Both the position numbers and the translations under genes were made by a program. A DNA stretch of 64,000 bases from NCBI GenBank assembly GCA_030141605.1, contig JAQGDQ010000024.1, positions 248,001 to 312,000 on the forward strand, written 5' to 3'. Numbering within the stretch: position 1 is the first letter of the stretch; the number at the start of each line of letters is the position of its first letter. This DNA is from Tubiluchus corallicola. Its lineage: Eukaryota; Animalia; Priapulida. The notes under the pieces are model-generated. The model saw only the letters and a list, made by a program, of their open reading frames with translations, did not search any database and had not been told where the DNA came from. This document shows, piece by piece, positions 22,963-36,900 of the stretch.

Positions 22963-25900
22963 ATGCGAATGGTCGTGGACTCTCAACAGTTCAAATGTAG
23001 AATAATGTGGGAAAACAGTACATGCAGGTCTCATTTCGGCTTACGATAATGATAGTTGTACCATCCCTCTAAATTCGGCAGTTCATTCGTTTACTTATTC
23101 GTTTGTTCATTAAAATTAAACGCATTCTTCTACTATTAAGCTAAGACTGAAGGGAGTACCATCCGATAGCCACGCGCCAATATTATGGGATTGCTGGAGA
23201 TTCCTGATGGAAAGAATCAGTGAAGGACAATTATTAATTGATGAAAAAAGTTAAAGCTTCAGGAAAAAGTACACAACATGTTTAAAGGCAATGCGCCCAT
23301 AAAATTGTCTGTATAGTCTTGCAAATTGTCACTCAGCAAATTTTGTCCCGCTATATATTCTGTAAGGAAAGAACAGGAAAACTTCGTAAATCGAGGAACC
23401 CAACCGTTGAAAGGAAAACAGATATTTAGCACGACGTAAGAATAATTTCATATCGGCTGAGTTAGCAACTTCGTGGCAGATCTTGGCGCTATCTGTGTGC
23501 AATGGCCGTTTTGGGCGCTTTCAAAAAGAATGTGGCGGTCAGTGAAAAGGTGGCGTCCGGTCAGTAAAGCAGGGCCACCAGAGCACTGAGAGTAGCAAGC
23601 ACCGGCTGCTGCGACTGCTCATCTCACAATAATTATACAGAAGCTGCAAGCGGCTGTATCGTAGTAACACGTAACTAAGATAAAAATATGATTTGTAAGG
23701 TTTGAATAGACTAGATGAGTTACCTTACAAGAATCAGATTATTCATGAGAATAAAAACAAAATATTTTTTTATTCTCTGAATGTATTAAAAATAATTCCA
23801 ATAATTAAAAACATGAACAATGGCGAGATATTATATACAGACTATTTTATTATATTATTATTATAGATCAATAAAAATAACAAAACACTATTTGCAACAT
23901 CAAGTTTTTTTGTGCAGCCTAGCATTGCAATAGAGCGATGAGATCAGTTTTGAATCCATGGCTCATATCTTTGTAGCGTGTTAGTAAAAATTACTCTTCC
24001 AAATTTTTCTGTATGAATGTAACAAGATAGGAGCATTATCAGCTTTAGAGAAAGAAGGATAAAAAAGAGGCGAGTGAGCACGCGCGCGCGAGAGAGAGAG
24101 GGTGAGAAGGAACATTTTAAATTTGGTTGTTGTACTTAGAAAGAACAAATGCTTAAAAGTTGGGGCATCTCTTTGTGGAGAGATTCGTTTAGGTTCAGTC
24201 GAGCGAGAGTTAAGCGCGGAGAGAATAAAGCAAATGTTCTCTCAGCCGCACGCGTACAAGGCAGCTATCGATCTGTGTAGTTGCTAGGCAAAACTCCTCG
24301 CATTGTATATTAGCGAAGTTGAACATCGCGGTTGTTTCTTCTGGGCTCAACTTTGGCACAAAAATTTCGTAAACATTTACTCACAATTTTATACATTTCA
24401 TTAATCAGAGGTAGCCATATATTCCAGAAATAGTTAATAAGATAACGCTATCATAAAATTCATAGCCACCCCGAATAAGTAGATGCGAGTGTAAAGTCAT
24501 TATAATTATGCAAGTTTCGAGGCTTTTCGTATTAGGGTATCGTATATTTCATTTTTATGGCCATCGTCAATGTCGCCATCACTATCAACACATCGTGGTC
24601 GCTGCCATATCCGCCATTATGATTCGCATCAGCGTAGTTTTAATCAACGGCATTAAAATCATAACAACAGTGGGTAGTCATTGGATAGTGGGTATTTTAG
24701 TAAAATAACAGCGCTTTGCATCTGACTATTTACGATCAGCTAAAAACTTCTAAGTTTCGCATTTATTCTGATCTTAGTGGTTGGCTTATTTCCTGTTCAT
24801 CGCTGGGTGAATTTGCTGGCTAAAAGTGTACGTATATAGGTTATGATTCTAAAATTAAGTACTAACTTATATTTTTGTATACATCGACGGTTCATTGAAC
24901 TTTATATTTTGCTTTATTTCCCTTTACGTAGATTAACGTACATATGATAAAAATGACAGCTCATTGAAATTTGCTCAGACGAATGACAAATGACTAAGAA
25001 ACATCTTGTAGGAGTATATTACATTAATTCGTTGTGGAAGAAGGGGTTGTGAGTCCAAGTTTGTGTTTTACGTAAATCCCAATAATAGATTTGTCGCAGA
25101 AATTGCGGATTAGCGCCAAGTCTCATATTTTTCCCTTTAATTTACTGCTCATTCGTTGTCAACATACCAGCAGCTACGTTAAATTGATGCTTATTATAAA
25201 AAATTACGCACTGACTATACTATAGTGTCCTAATTACTAGAATTACTATGATAGCTGATACAAAGGAGTTTATTCCTTTCGTGCCCTATCCATAGACAAA
25301 TTCGCCTTACTTCATCATGCAACAATTTAAAATCTTTCTATATACATTTATTACTACGGTTTCTTCGTTTTGCCTGCTTCCCTGTGCCAAAGACATGCAC
25401 TGACACAAAGGGGTTAAAGAAGCCCGGTGCTTTATCGATCACGCATGCGCTCTAACCTGCTAATCAGCTGATCAGCAGGCAACGACACACAGTCATACTC
25501 TCTTTATTTGAATAAAATTCGGGTGTTGTGTGGCCGGTTTGTCTGCTGGATAAGCTGTTGTTTTATTCTGTTTTTCAGCAGAATGCAGCAGGGTGTGGTG
25601 CTATCGTGCAGATTAAAATAAATTACTCCTCTTTTAGTTGTATGTTACTGCGTTTCCATGGCGACAAGAAAACGTGGATTATCGTTTAGTGACCAAGTTC
25701 AGGTATAATAGCTGATTTAATATTGTTATATGCTGTAAACGATATAAAGCATACGTACAGAAAATTTGAAAACAAACAACGTCGTTTCGGTTTTTGGACA
25801 AGTCATCGAGTGATATTCCTGGCAATATTTATTTACGGGCTTTGGCACTTGCGCTTTTAATAAATTTTAATTTTGATATAAGCCGCTCCACGTTTAGTCG

Positions 25901-28900
25901 ATTTATTAGATGAGCGGCTATAGATAACAAAAAAGATTAAATTTGGTTCTTGCAAAAATTATTTACGGAGTTATATAAGGGAATTAATATTAATTTTAAT
26001 GATTTGAAAAATGCGTTTTTATGACTGAAAAAGACAATCCTATTGAACACCTTGCAAAACAAATATGGGCCTAAAACTTACCAGAATCATTAGGATTATC
26101 AAAATTTAAATAAAGTTGTTCAGTAAACTGTCCAAATTCGACAATTTGTACATTTTGCTTGCTTCATATTATAAAACCACAGTACGGAATGCGAAAAGCA
26201 TTTTAAGTGAAGTTTCTGCAGAAACATAAAGTAATTCATTCCCAGTTCTCTAAAATTTGCCGCCAGGTTTTATCATGCTAAGATAGCTCATACGTTAACT
26301 GCGTCTCTCTGTAGATGGCGCCTGTTCCATCTAAATATTGCATCTGGCTTGCACTTGCAGCTGCTGTATGCCTGAGACCTTTCATTAACAGACTGCTGCT
26401 TATTGTATGAAAATTACTTTGCTGCGATCGAGTGTTGTGGGTTTTAACAATTAAAATTAATTATAACGTTGATAAACCGACTTTTATTGTTGCAGCGTTA
26501 GAAGAATCAGTCTAAATGTATGCTATTCGAGCATTCAAGAATATGATTTTGAAATTTCACTACGCCGTTGAGCTGCAATTGCTAGCTGATCCATGTACTT
26601 TTAATTTCACATGCTTATGGGCTAACGAAGATTAATGACATCAACGTCATAACTGCTATTATAAGGCCTATGGTTTTTGCAAAGCGCCAAACACACGCAA
26701 TGTTAAAAAGATACCCACACCGTACTCACGTTTTAGTATTGGACTGAATAAAAATCGGGATAAGTCCTGCATACCAAGTAGGTCTGTTATCAGTAGTTAA
26801 ATTTAGCTAAGTGGGAGTTTATCCCAGGCCCGCTTTACGGCTCAAATAATGGACGATTTATGATGTTTGGTGAGCTGAAGCAAAACATAAGCTTATAACC
26901 ACGTATATTTAATGTAGGTTAATTAATGAATATTATTTACTATGCCAATTGCCGCGTACTTGTATGCATGACAATGTTTACACTTTACAAGTTTTGCAAT
27001 CAAGTATGATCCTGTAACACGGAAGAATATCAGTTGTTTGTCAAACAGTTGAAGCTATTACAGCATTACAAAAAAATTTTGAATTTAATTAAAATTTATT
27101 AGCAGCTGAGTGCAGCATGTCGAATGTAAAACACATCAGGTACATTGATGAATTATTAGAAATTAGAGTCAAGGACATTGTCACGCTGAACTGAACGCAT
27201 TTGTTACAGATACTTTTCACAGCTATTAGTAATTTAGTATTAAAATTGGTGGTCAATGACAGCCAACTGACCATTCATTCCACTAATCAACCAACAAAAA
27301 AAACAGCAAACCAAACTATTAGTTGAGAATTATTAGACAATATATTTTATCTTCAAAAAATCCATTTTATTAACTACAATATACAATTGATATTAGTTAT
27401 AAGACAGAAGAACAGATGATGTAAATTTAAAATACAATTCAGTAAGTCACGCACTGGAAGTTGCTACTAGTAACACTAGTAGACCTTTAGATCATTTCAT
27501 TGATTATTGCTGCAGCCTTGCAGTCAATCGGAAATTCAGAAAATGCCCACAAGCATAATTGCTAAAACCCCTAGCCACTGCAGGTGACTGACTGTTACTA
27601 TGCGGCCTAAACTAAGTTTAGACCACAAAGAAACTAGGTACAAAGAACGCTGCGTTGCTTTATCATCATCGTCGTTGTTACCAGGCGTAACGGTTTCGCT
27701 GTTTTGCTTAATAGTAGACTTTATTCCCACTTCTACATCAATCGACCAATGATGCGGCATTTAATCTCACACCATATTCCGTAGGTGTGGTCTTTCTTCA
27801 TTCTATCTCGTTTTGTTTAAGTCCACCACGCCGTAGTTCATAGTGGTAACAGGGAGACTGTGATCTGGAATATGTATTACATCTGTGTATTCGTCACACT
27901 CCTGCGCACAGCTGATTTTAATCCATGATTAAAGCAGTTTGGCAAAGTTCGTCATTGGTGCTGGTGGTTGCAAACAGTGCGATTGAACCGCCTAGCGGCG
28001 GCTTGATGAATTACTGTTGAAGTTCACCCCGGGTTGAGTAATCGTAACGCATGCTTGTTGCTTGCTGAATCATTCCTGTTGAAATTTAATCGGTTTGCGT
28101 AAGGCAAACTGTCACAGAAAGAGGTTCAGGTTCACGAGTTCTGTTGGTATATTTTACGTACAACCATTTGAAAGTATTGTGTGAAAATGTGTTTGAAAAG
28201 AACAAGAGTGCTTACTTATTTTGATTTTTCGTGCTATTGCGTAATCTGAATATTTTCGATGATGTTCTTGCGTCTGGTGTTGTGGACCCACTAAACAAGA
28301 CCGCTAATTAATTGTTGGCGTTACCATGTGATTAAAAAGCAAGATGTCTCATGCTAATTTGCGCAGACAAACTTCTTCGAAATGGAGCAATTTCAGCGGC
28401 GGATCAGATCTGGTAAACGATTTTATTGTTAAATAGCTGTAAGAACGATATTAATGTAGCACCATTTAGTAGGTCTTCATTTTGCCAATCAAATTTTACA
28501 TTTAGGATGACATTGTGCACCAAAAACAGATTCATTGCTCGGTGGCTTATTTAATATGTTTCTAGGTCGATTTAATGGAATCACGGTCATCGTGATTACT
28601 AATACAACATTTGATGAATCACCACTGGCTTGAAACTTACTTAATGTACTTACTTTCTTTACTTAATGTCGTGACTTATGCCTACCGCCCCCTCGAAGAC
28701 GATTCAGCAGTCTTCTTTCATCGGTCTAAGCTCCTTAAAAGCAGTAACTAATGTTTGCCTTGATATCTGTACGAGCCTCAGATCACTGATAAATGAGTAA
28801 ATGTTGTTATAATAATCCCCAGTAGTAATTTGCTTTTCCTATCTCTTGTTTGATTTGTATCTACCGCTTTTCAATTAGCTCCCAGTTTTCGGTTCGCTAA

Positions 28901-31900
28901 GTGACAAGATTTATCAGGCGGTTCGATTAGTTAATTTATGGGGTATTTGGCATTCTAGTGAAGGAGACAAGAAATTCTAATATTTAGCTGTAATTACTTG
29001 TTATCACTGTTGCCAGTCTGCAGCTTTATTTTCCTTCTAGTCTGCAAATAAGTAATGCAGTGTATTATTTAAGCTGCATGCAACGGGGGCATTCCGTGCG
29101 CCATACTCTGTATATTTTAGTGTCATAATTCATTTAATGAAATGTTAACATCATCCATATCGTTATCATCGTCGTGTTACGGATTATGGATGCCTTATTA
29201 AGATGATGGAATGCTGTGTCTTCTTTTTTGTTCACTTTTTTGAAACATACCTCCTCTTTGAAACCATTGATGAGCCCTTAGCTTTCCATTTGTATTTTCG
29301 AACAGTAATAGATAATGACACTGGAATTAAAGCTTTGTCTATTAAGGAATCACTATAAAATCTTTGTAATGAGTAGTAAACTGAAAACTAAAGTACTGGA
29401 TATGTAGTTCGTTTTTTGAGTACTTACTAAAAGACTCAAGAAATGTTCCAAGTCTCAATTATAAATTCACGCAACTTTTATGATTATTAATACATGTATT
29501 AATAATCCTTTGTGATGTTCGCTAGCATCTGCTGAGCCAAATTTATTACACTCATAAATTTAATAGGCGTTTTCGTAAACTGTTAGTTCTACGTGTCTGT
29601 CGTTAAACTGAATAGTCAGCAAAATCTGTCTCTACCTGTTACTAGTCTCTGTCTCTGCCATTTTCAGAGGCTACTTAATATTATACTATGGTGCTTTGCT
29701 AAGCTTACCTAAGCTTGAATAGCAAGGTCATGGTCTGACTCTGATGGTGGTGTGTGTTCTTCGTGTCGTTTTTAATTTGTCACGCATCAGGGTATCTCTG
29801 ACTCTGCATTCATTGATATGTCTCAGGTCTATATACTTAGCGAGGTATTTGTTAGGCCCTTAAGAAATGTTAAGTTATACGTGAGAAAAATGTCGCCACG
29901 GATCCCTCTCTGTAATTCTGGAAAGATTTTTTTCGGAAATGCATTTATCTAGCTCACTTACCTTGCATTTAGATAAACAGGAAGTTAAATTTTATTTCAC
30001 CAATCACTTGGATGATAGGAATGTGAATACAGTATAGAATGAAAGCAAAGAAGAAAAGATGCCGTTTTTGTTTTCGAGTGAAATTATTGGCTTCGATTCC
30101 TTGAAGTTGCGTAGACGTACAAACTTTGCAAATGATGAAAGTTCTTTTCTTTTGGTGATACTGACAAATTGCAGATTTTTTTATGTTTATCTATGTTAAC
30201 GATGAGTTAAAATCGTACTTCATAAAGAGTTTGCAATTAGTTCCTGGTGATCCTGATCAATCTGTGTTTTGAGTTTAAAAATCGTAGTGTAACCTAGTTT
30301 GTTTTAGGTTGGCGCTGTAAGCTAGAATGTGAGCAGTGCGAGAATGTCAATTGCACGAAATCTATACCGATGGCGACTTATACCGAATGTTGAGGTTGCT
30401 GTAATTTTCCCCCAGAAATTCTTAGCTATTTAACAATTATCTCTACTTGCTGCTGCTATCTATCTATAGATTATGTTATACTTATCGTAATTATGCTATT
30501 TTGTTAAAAAAACATGACCTTCTGATGGCCTGTAGGTAGACAGGTATAACCTTGAAAGTATCGCCCAGTTACATGGTTGTTTATCGAATTTGCACTCCAA
30601 GCTACATTCTAGGAAATTCACCGTTTTCTGTTTAGATTTACCAAAGTATTATTTGCCTGTGGGGCTTGGAGACAGCGCGAGAAGCTAATTTCATGTTTTA
30701 GCGCACTTTCGCCATATATAAAACATTTAATTTTATTCTCAGCATGCAGGAAATTTTAGATGCTCAGAGAAACACAGATTTTAGCAGACGGTTTTAGTCG
30801 CGCGCGGCTACAAGCTCGTGTCACTTACTGTAATGTTACGCAAGTCAGTTTGAAGCATTCACAATAATTTTCACATTCGTAAGGCCATTGTCCAACTGGG
30901 CTATATCTTTTACGCAGTACCATCCTATGTCGAGAACTTCTTACAAAATTTAATGAATCATTAAAATGCTTGTGTGTTGCCAGCTGCGAACGCTCAGCCT
31001 AGAAAGAGAAAATTGTTGTCATTCATGACTTTGATAAATCATCTTGTAATTATTTTGCTTTTAGGTCACAAACATCTTCATTTATTAATGAGTCGTTGCA
31101 TTGTAAATTATTTTGTTCATATATTTGTTGTAGTTATAAATTTTTATAAACTTTACTATTCGATTTTTAATGAATCGTTTGGCTCATTTCATAACTATTT
31201 TGATCATTAAATAAATGCGTTATTATATCTGCTGCGTAAAAGGCCTGTTATTGCCCCGTTTATTTTCTTGTTTTTGTATTATTGTAGAGTTTGTATTGTC
31301 ACTTTTATCATAGTCACTAGAAGTACTACTAATACTACTACTAAATATCTATCAGTGAGTACTGGCATTGTGAACAGAGCTCATTGTTTCGAGACTCAGT
31401 GCTGAGTTAGTTTTCACTATGATTTTGTGACTGTCAGTGAACTTGTGCTCTTTATTTAGCCTCGCTGATTTTCAAACTGTATCAAACATACATGTTGTTG
31501 GCCTAGAAAATTGCCGTTGGTTTTGCAGATGCTGCATTATATAGGCCACATTAATTAGACCAGGGCCTATCCTTGCTATGTGCAGTCATATGACTGTAAA
31601 TCAACGCAAAGGATTGCGACCGTAGGCCTGATATACTAGTGTATGTATGGGGTATATAAATGCTACCGAAGGCATGATATACGAGTATATGTAGAAGGTA
31701 TATAAATGCTATCTCTAACTAATGGCGGCATTTTTACTCCATCTCTGCCAGTATGTGAAACTGTAGCTTCATATATGTCCAGAAAGTGACTAAAAACCAA
31801 TATGGCATGTACAGTGTACACACTTAAATTGCAGAACTGCTTTGCTGATTATTAAAGCGTTTAATAAGCGAGATTAGCCTCGAAGAAAAGAAAATCGAGA

Positions 31901-33960
31901 AGAAAAATGTTTACTTTGTCACTTTAATATACGCTGAATAGTAAACAAGTTTTTGCAAGACTGTTGTCCTCTGATAGTGTCAACAGTAGGCCTACTTATT
32001 TTTGCAGACCTGTTATCGAGTGCTGAATTATCTACTGTTACAACTATTCTCATCAATTTCATGCCAAGTTGTGAGTTAAAATAGGGTAACATACTCTACA
32101 ACTAGCTGAACTAGTAAATAAAAAATAACACGGAAATGGGAAACCCTATTTTTCTCTGTTTTGATCTGCAAACAAATAACTGCAACACAGAGGTCACGCA
32201 GCAGTTCAGAAAGCGCATAACGTGCATGAACTTTCCCTCACCCCAACTTTCCTAGGTCGGAAGTGGTGTACTGCGCGTGCGTTGACGGGGTTTGATAATT
32301 TGATTATTGTCAGGTAACTCGTCGCCAGCAGCAGCTGACAGATGGCAAGACCTGGAAGGAATATTTAAAATACGCAAGTATGTAGACTGGAGCCCGCATA
32401 TCAACAACTGGAACATTACCAGAGCTAATACAATGCAGTACGGTTCCAAGATAACAGTATGATCTAGTCGTCGCATTTTCAGAACAGAACCACACGCAGT
32501 ACCTAAATTAATGAATGCTACAATAGCATATGTTTTGCTCTTTAATCAGATTGTGTAAAGGTGCGCTAGCTCACAATGCTTCACTTTCATCAACGTATGG
32601 ATCTTTTTGTAGAAATACCCCTGGTAATTAAGAAAAACTCAAGACGAGCATTAAAGGGGTTTTGGAACAGCAACCTAGTCAAATCATTCTGCTTAGAAGG
32701 TAGACCACCGTATTCTCCAGGAATCAAGAAAGTCCAAAGTTTAACCCTTATATATAGCTGGCCAACCTATTCAATCATCTCCAATGTTCACTGCCTTGAT
32801 CATTCGGATCTAATCCAGGCTGTATTCCATTTTTTCACGTCCTTCCTGTCTTCCTTCCAAAATTTAATTAATATTTTAGTGGGTTTATAACCATCATTAA
32901 TAATAATATTGACAATAATTAGAAAGTTTCTGAAGATGTCACGAGAACATGTCTGAACCTGTTTAGTTTATTTTCTTGCAATTCGCCATTCGTTTAACAG
33001 TAGTCAGAAATGTTTCGTAAATAATGAACACGCAAACAGTTTATTATATAACATGAATACGTAGTTATAATCACGTATTTAATAAGCGACAAATAGGGAT
33101 ACAGATAACACATGTTCTTGACTGATAAGTGATGACAGAAATAGCAAAGTTCGCATCTGTGTACATATAGCTCCACACCTGTTTAAATAAATTAAAATGA
33201 ACTATTAGTATAAGTTCGTAAGTTGCATCTATAAATAGCTGCATTAGTGATCTAAGGATCATTATTATCTGCGATATGGTTCATAGTAAGATAAGGGCCA
33301 GAGTGCAGTTTGTCTAACAATTTGTCACGTTTATCAACATCTGCCCATACTATGTTGCATGATTTTGTATGTCATGAGTTTACTTCTAGAGCTCTAGTAT
33401 ATCGTGTTATTGTTGGGCATAAAAGCTTAATAATCAATTAAATAATGTGATACTATATTCATCAAGTGATAAGCTACTCAAATCAGAGAAAATAATATGT
33501 TGCTAAATGCAGTTTTAAGTGAAAGTAATTTGCTCTCTGTGCCATTTTTTGGCGATGAAGTCAAAACTACACTTGTCGAAGCGAGCCTCGGTAGCGCTGC
33601 TAGTTTTGAAAGTGAGGTATTGGAGAAAAGAATCCACGTTGACAATTCTTTCAGTAGTTTTGTAGTAATAAAAACCATTTTTGTTGTGATTTGAATACTT
33701 ATATAATTTCAAGTTAACACAGCTTATTCAAGACTTACAGCATTTCGACCAACCTAGAATCAGTCAATTTGACCGATGCAAGAAAGGAACAAACAAGCAA
33801 AATTAGCCTGTTGAATTTTAATTTCTGAATTTTAACGATTTGATCAACAACATTGTCAAACGAAATGCTTTCTGAATTCAGTCTGAATTCCAAAAACGTA
33901 CTTATGACACGACATTTAACGCTGCTTGATTGATTTATCTTGCAGGAAGTAATTCCAGAA

Positions 33961-36900
33961 ATGTCTGCTTTGGACCAGAAACAAGGATTGCCAGACATCA
34001 AACGACAACACCTCCTGTCAGAGTGCACTCTGGGAAGTGAGTATGTTGAGGAACAGCTTATACCCACTCCTCCTGATGGTGGCTGGGGATGGGTTATTGT
34101 CGCAGCCTCATTCATGCTGAACCTCATTGTGGATGGCGTCTGTTATAGTTTTGGCTTGTGGTTGACACAGTTCATTGAATATTTCAACTCAAGTTCAGGA
34201 CAAGCAGCAATGGTTGGGTCATTGATGGCTGGTTTCTATCTATTGATAGGTAAGTCAGAATTATTAGCATTACCAGTTATATTTCATTGGTTTTATTTAG
34301 TTGGTTGCAATCTATTTAGACCAATTAAAATGATAACAGCATAGCACATACACGTTTAGTCCTCATTATTATTGTTTTTTTTCTATAATTAAAACAAAAA
34401 ATAGAGAAATCGGACACCAAAAGCTCCAAACCGTGGTGTTAGTTTCACATGGAATGAAACCAGTATTAGCACAAACACAGCCAGTAACATACAGAGAGTT
34501 TTAATTTTTAGCGGTATTGGTTAAATAAGAAGCCTTATCAAGTCTTAATGAACTTAATCATTGTACTGATGGGGATTTGAGATTCATTAATAAGGTGAAC
34601 ACACATTTGCACACTATAGAGATTATGAAAGTTATGTAGCTCTAACTTTACGATTGTTTTCATGTGAACCATAATATTTTAAAGTGTTATACATATCATA
34701 TCATTGATATAGTAACGTACATGTAAGTAATTATTATTCAGTAATTAGTATCATAACGTGGTCAGATCATCTAACATGTAACTATGATTAAAGTATTGGA
34801 ACGGCACAGTTTTGCACTGGACCCGTAAGCCATTTCTTAAATACACACTGAGATATCATAATTATAACCGAGGACATTTAATTAGGTACTTGTAATAAGA
34901 ATCACTTAATAACAGTTTGATTCACATAATGAGTTGAACAGTTTTTCTACTTAAAGACGTAATGTAAACTGGAATACAAAAAAACTTGCAACTATTGATT
35001 CACAAATTGTAGCACAATTTAATTTTTTGCAATCTAGGTCCTGTTGCAAGTGCACTGACAAACAAATATGGTTGCCGACCTGTGAGCATTGCTGGGAGCA
35101 TAATCACATCGATGGCATTTCTGTTGAGCATTTTTTCACCCAGCATATCCATTTTAATTTTGACTTATGGAGTGGTTGCAGGTAGTGTAAGCCTTCAAGA
35201 TGTATAGTTATAAGTTATAAGTAAAAGAAGAAGATGACTGAATAATGATCAAGAACATTTAAAAGTAATCTGTTTTTTAAAGTCATCTTTGTTATAACTG
35301 CACATTTCCAAGATCTTAGGATCTCGCTCGTGTGACTGTAAAATTGATTGCACACATAACCTTTGAAGTGTTAGTTTTTGTTTAAAGAATATTACACTTT
35401 TGCTGTAACTAATTGCAACAATAAAGTGTATTATTGTTTACTGTTATTGTAGTGCATGACTGCAAGAAACATGCAAACTTAAAATCACTAGTCTCTTTTG
35501 ATAATATTCAGTGATATTTTTCACTTTTTAGGAATTGGTTTTGGTTTAATGTACTTACCGGCCATTGTCAGCGTGGGATATTATTTTGAAAAGAGACGCG
35601 CATTTGCAACAGGAATAGCTGTTTGTGGTTCCGGTGTCGGAACATTTTTGTTTGCGCCATTTGTAAAATACTTACAAAGCATTTATGATTGGAAGGGTGG
35701 GACAATGATTATTGCTGGTATTGTACTGAATGGAATGGTATGTGGCTGTCTAATGAGACCTCTAGTTGCAGAAGCAGAAAAACCAAAACAGCGTATGAAA
35801 TCTTTAATGGAAAGAATGCAAGAGGCAAAGCAGGCAAGAATTCGGACGTTTTCTGATTGTCCAGATGACGGAAGTGTGCACATCGATTATGGAGCTGCAG
35901 AACAGGTTGAAGCTAGACTTAAAGTTCTCTCTGCAGGTGATGCAAATATGGTTAACGATGAAAGTGATCATAGTGCTACAACAGATGACTCTGGATTTCG
36001 CTCTAGAGGTGCATCTGGTACAAAAGAGCAGACAGCTGATGAGGCTGAAGCCACTATAGAGTCTGCATTAGTGCATTCTCCGGAGACGCAAACGTCTTCT
36101 TCCAAAAGTCATGCAACAACGCCTGTTGGAAATGGCCAAATTCCAGAAATAAAACTAAATGCTAGAGAGCATTCTGAAGTGAGCATGGAAAGATATTGTG
36201 AGAGCTCCACACCAGCGAAATACAAACTTCCGTTTTCTAGAATTAATCAAATACGTCGTGAAAACAGTTATCCTGGACATTTGCGTAGAGAAAATAGTTA
36301 CCCAAACAGTAGTGGAATAATTAATAAAAACTTGCAATTGGCACATGTTGCAGAAGGGCAAGCGTGCATATCTTCACTTCATAACATTCCCACTCAATCA
36401 CATAAAGTACCAGTAAATAAGGCTTTGTTGGCTGTTCAAGCTTCCAATCCAGACATGTTGATAAACAGCACATCATCACTACGTTCGTTTGCATTAAAGA
36501 GACCCAGTTATCAAAGGATAACGAGTATGCACACAAGCAAGACATCTCTTCGTGATCCTATAAAGGAATTTAAGCGGCCTTTGTATCGTCGTGACATATT
36601 CTTCAGTGGCAGCATAATGAATTTGCCAGAGTTTCAATCTCAACCAAACATGAATGCATATCTGACAAGCATTACGAGTCTACCCCTGGAAATGGCTGCC
36701 TCTATGTATCTAGAGCCCGCAGACGAGGTTGATGGGGGCTTCCTCGCAAAATGTTGTGGTCCTGAGATGAGAAGCATTCTTGGGGAAATGTTGGACTTCT
36801 CTTTATTGAAGAATGTTTATTTCTTGTTGATATGTTTATCGAACATTTTTGCTTTTGTTGGTTTCTATGTGCCATTTGTATATACGAACAATCGTGCCAT

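Noticed and set aside
32690-32870. Possible second RTE 3' remnant on the minus strand (ILEGRQEGR..W), and a similar hint at ~28640-28740
   Set aside because: Too short and degenerate to support without a profile search.
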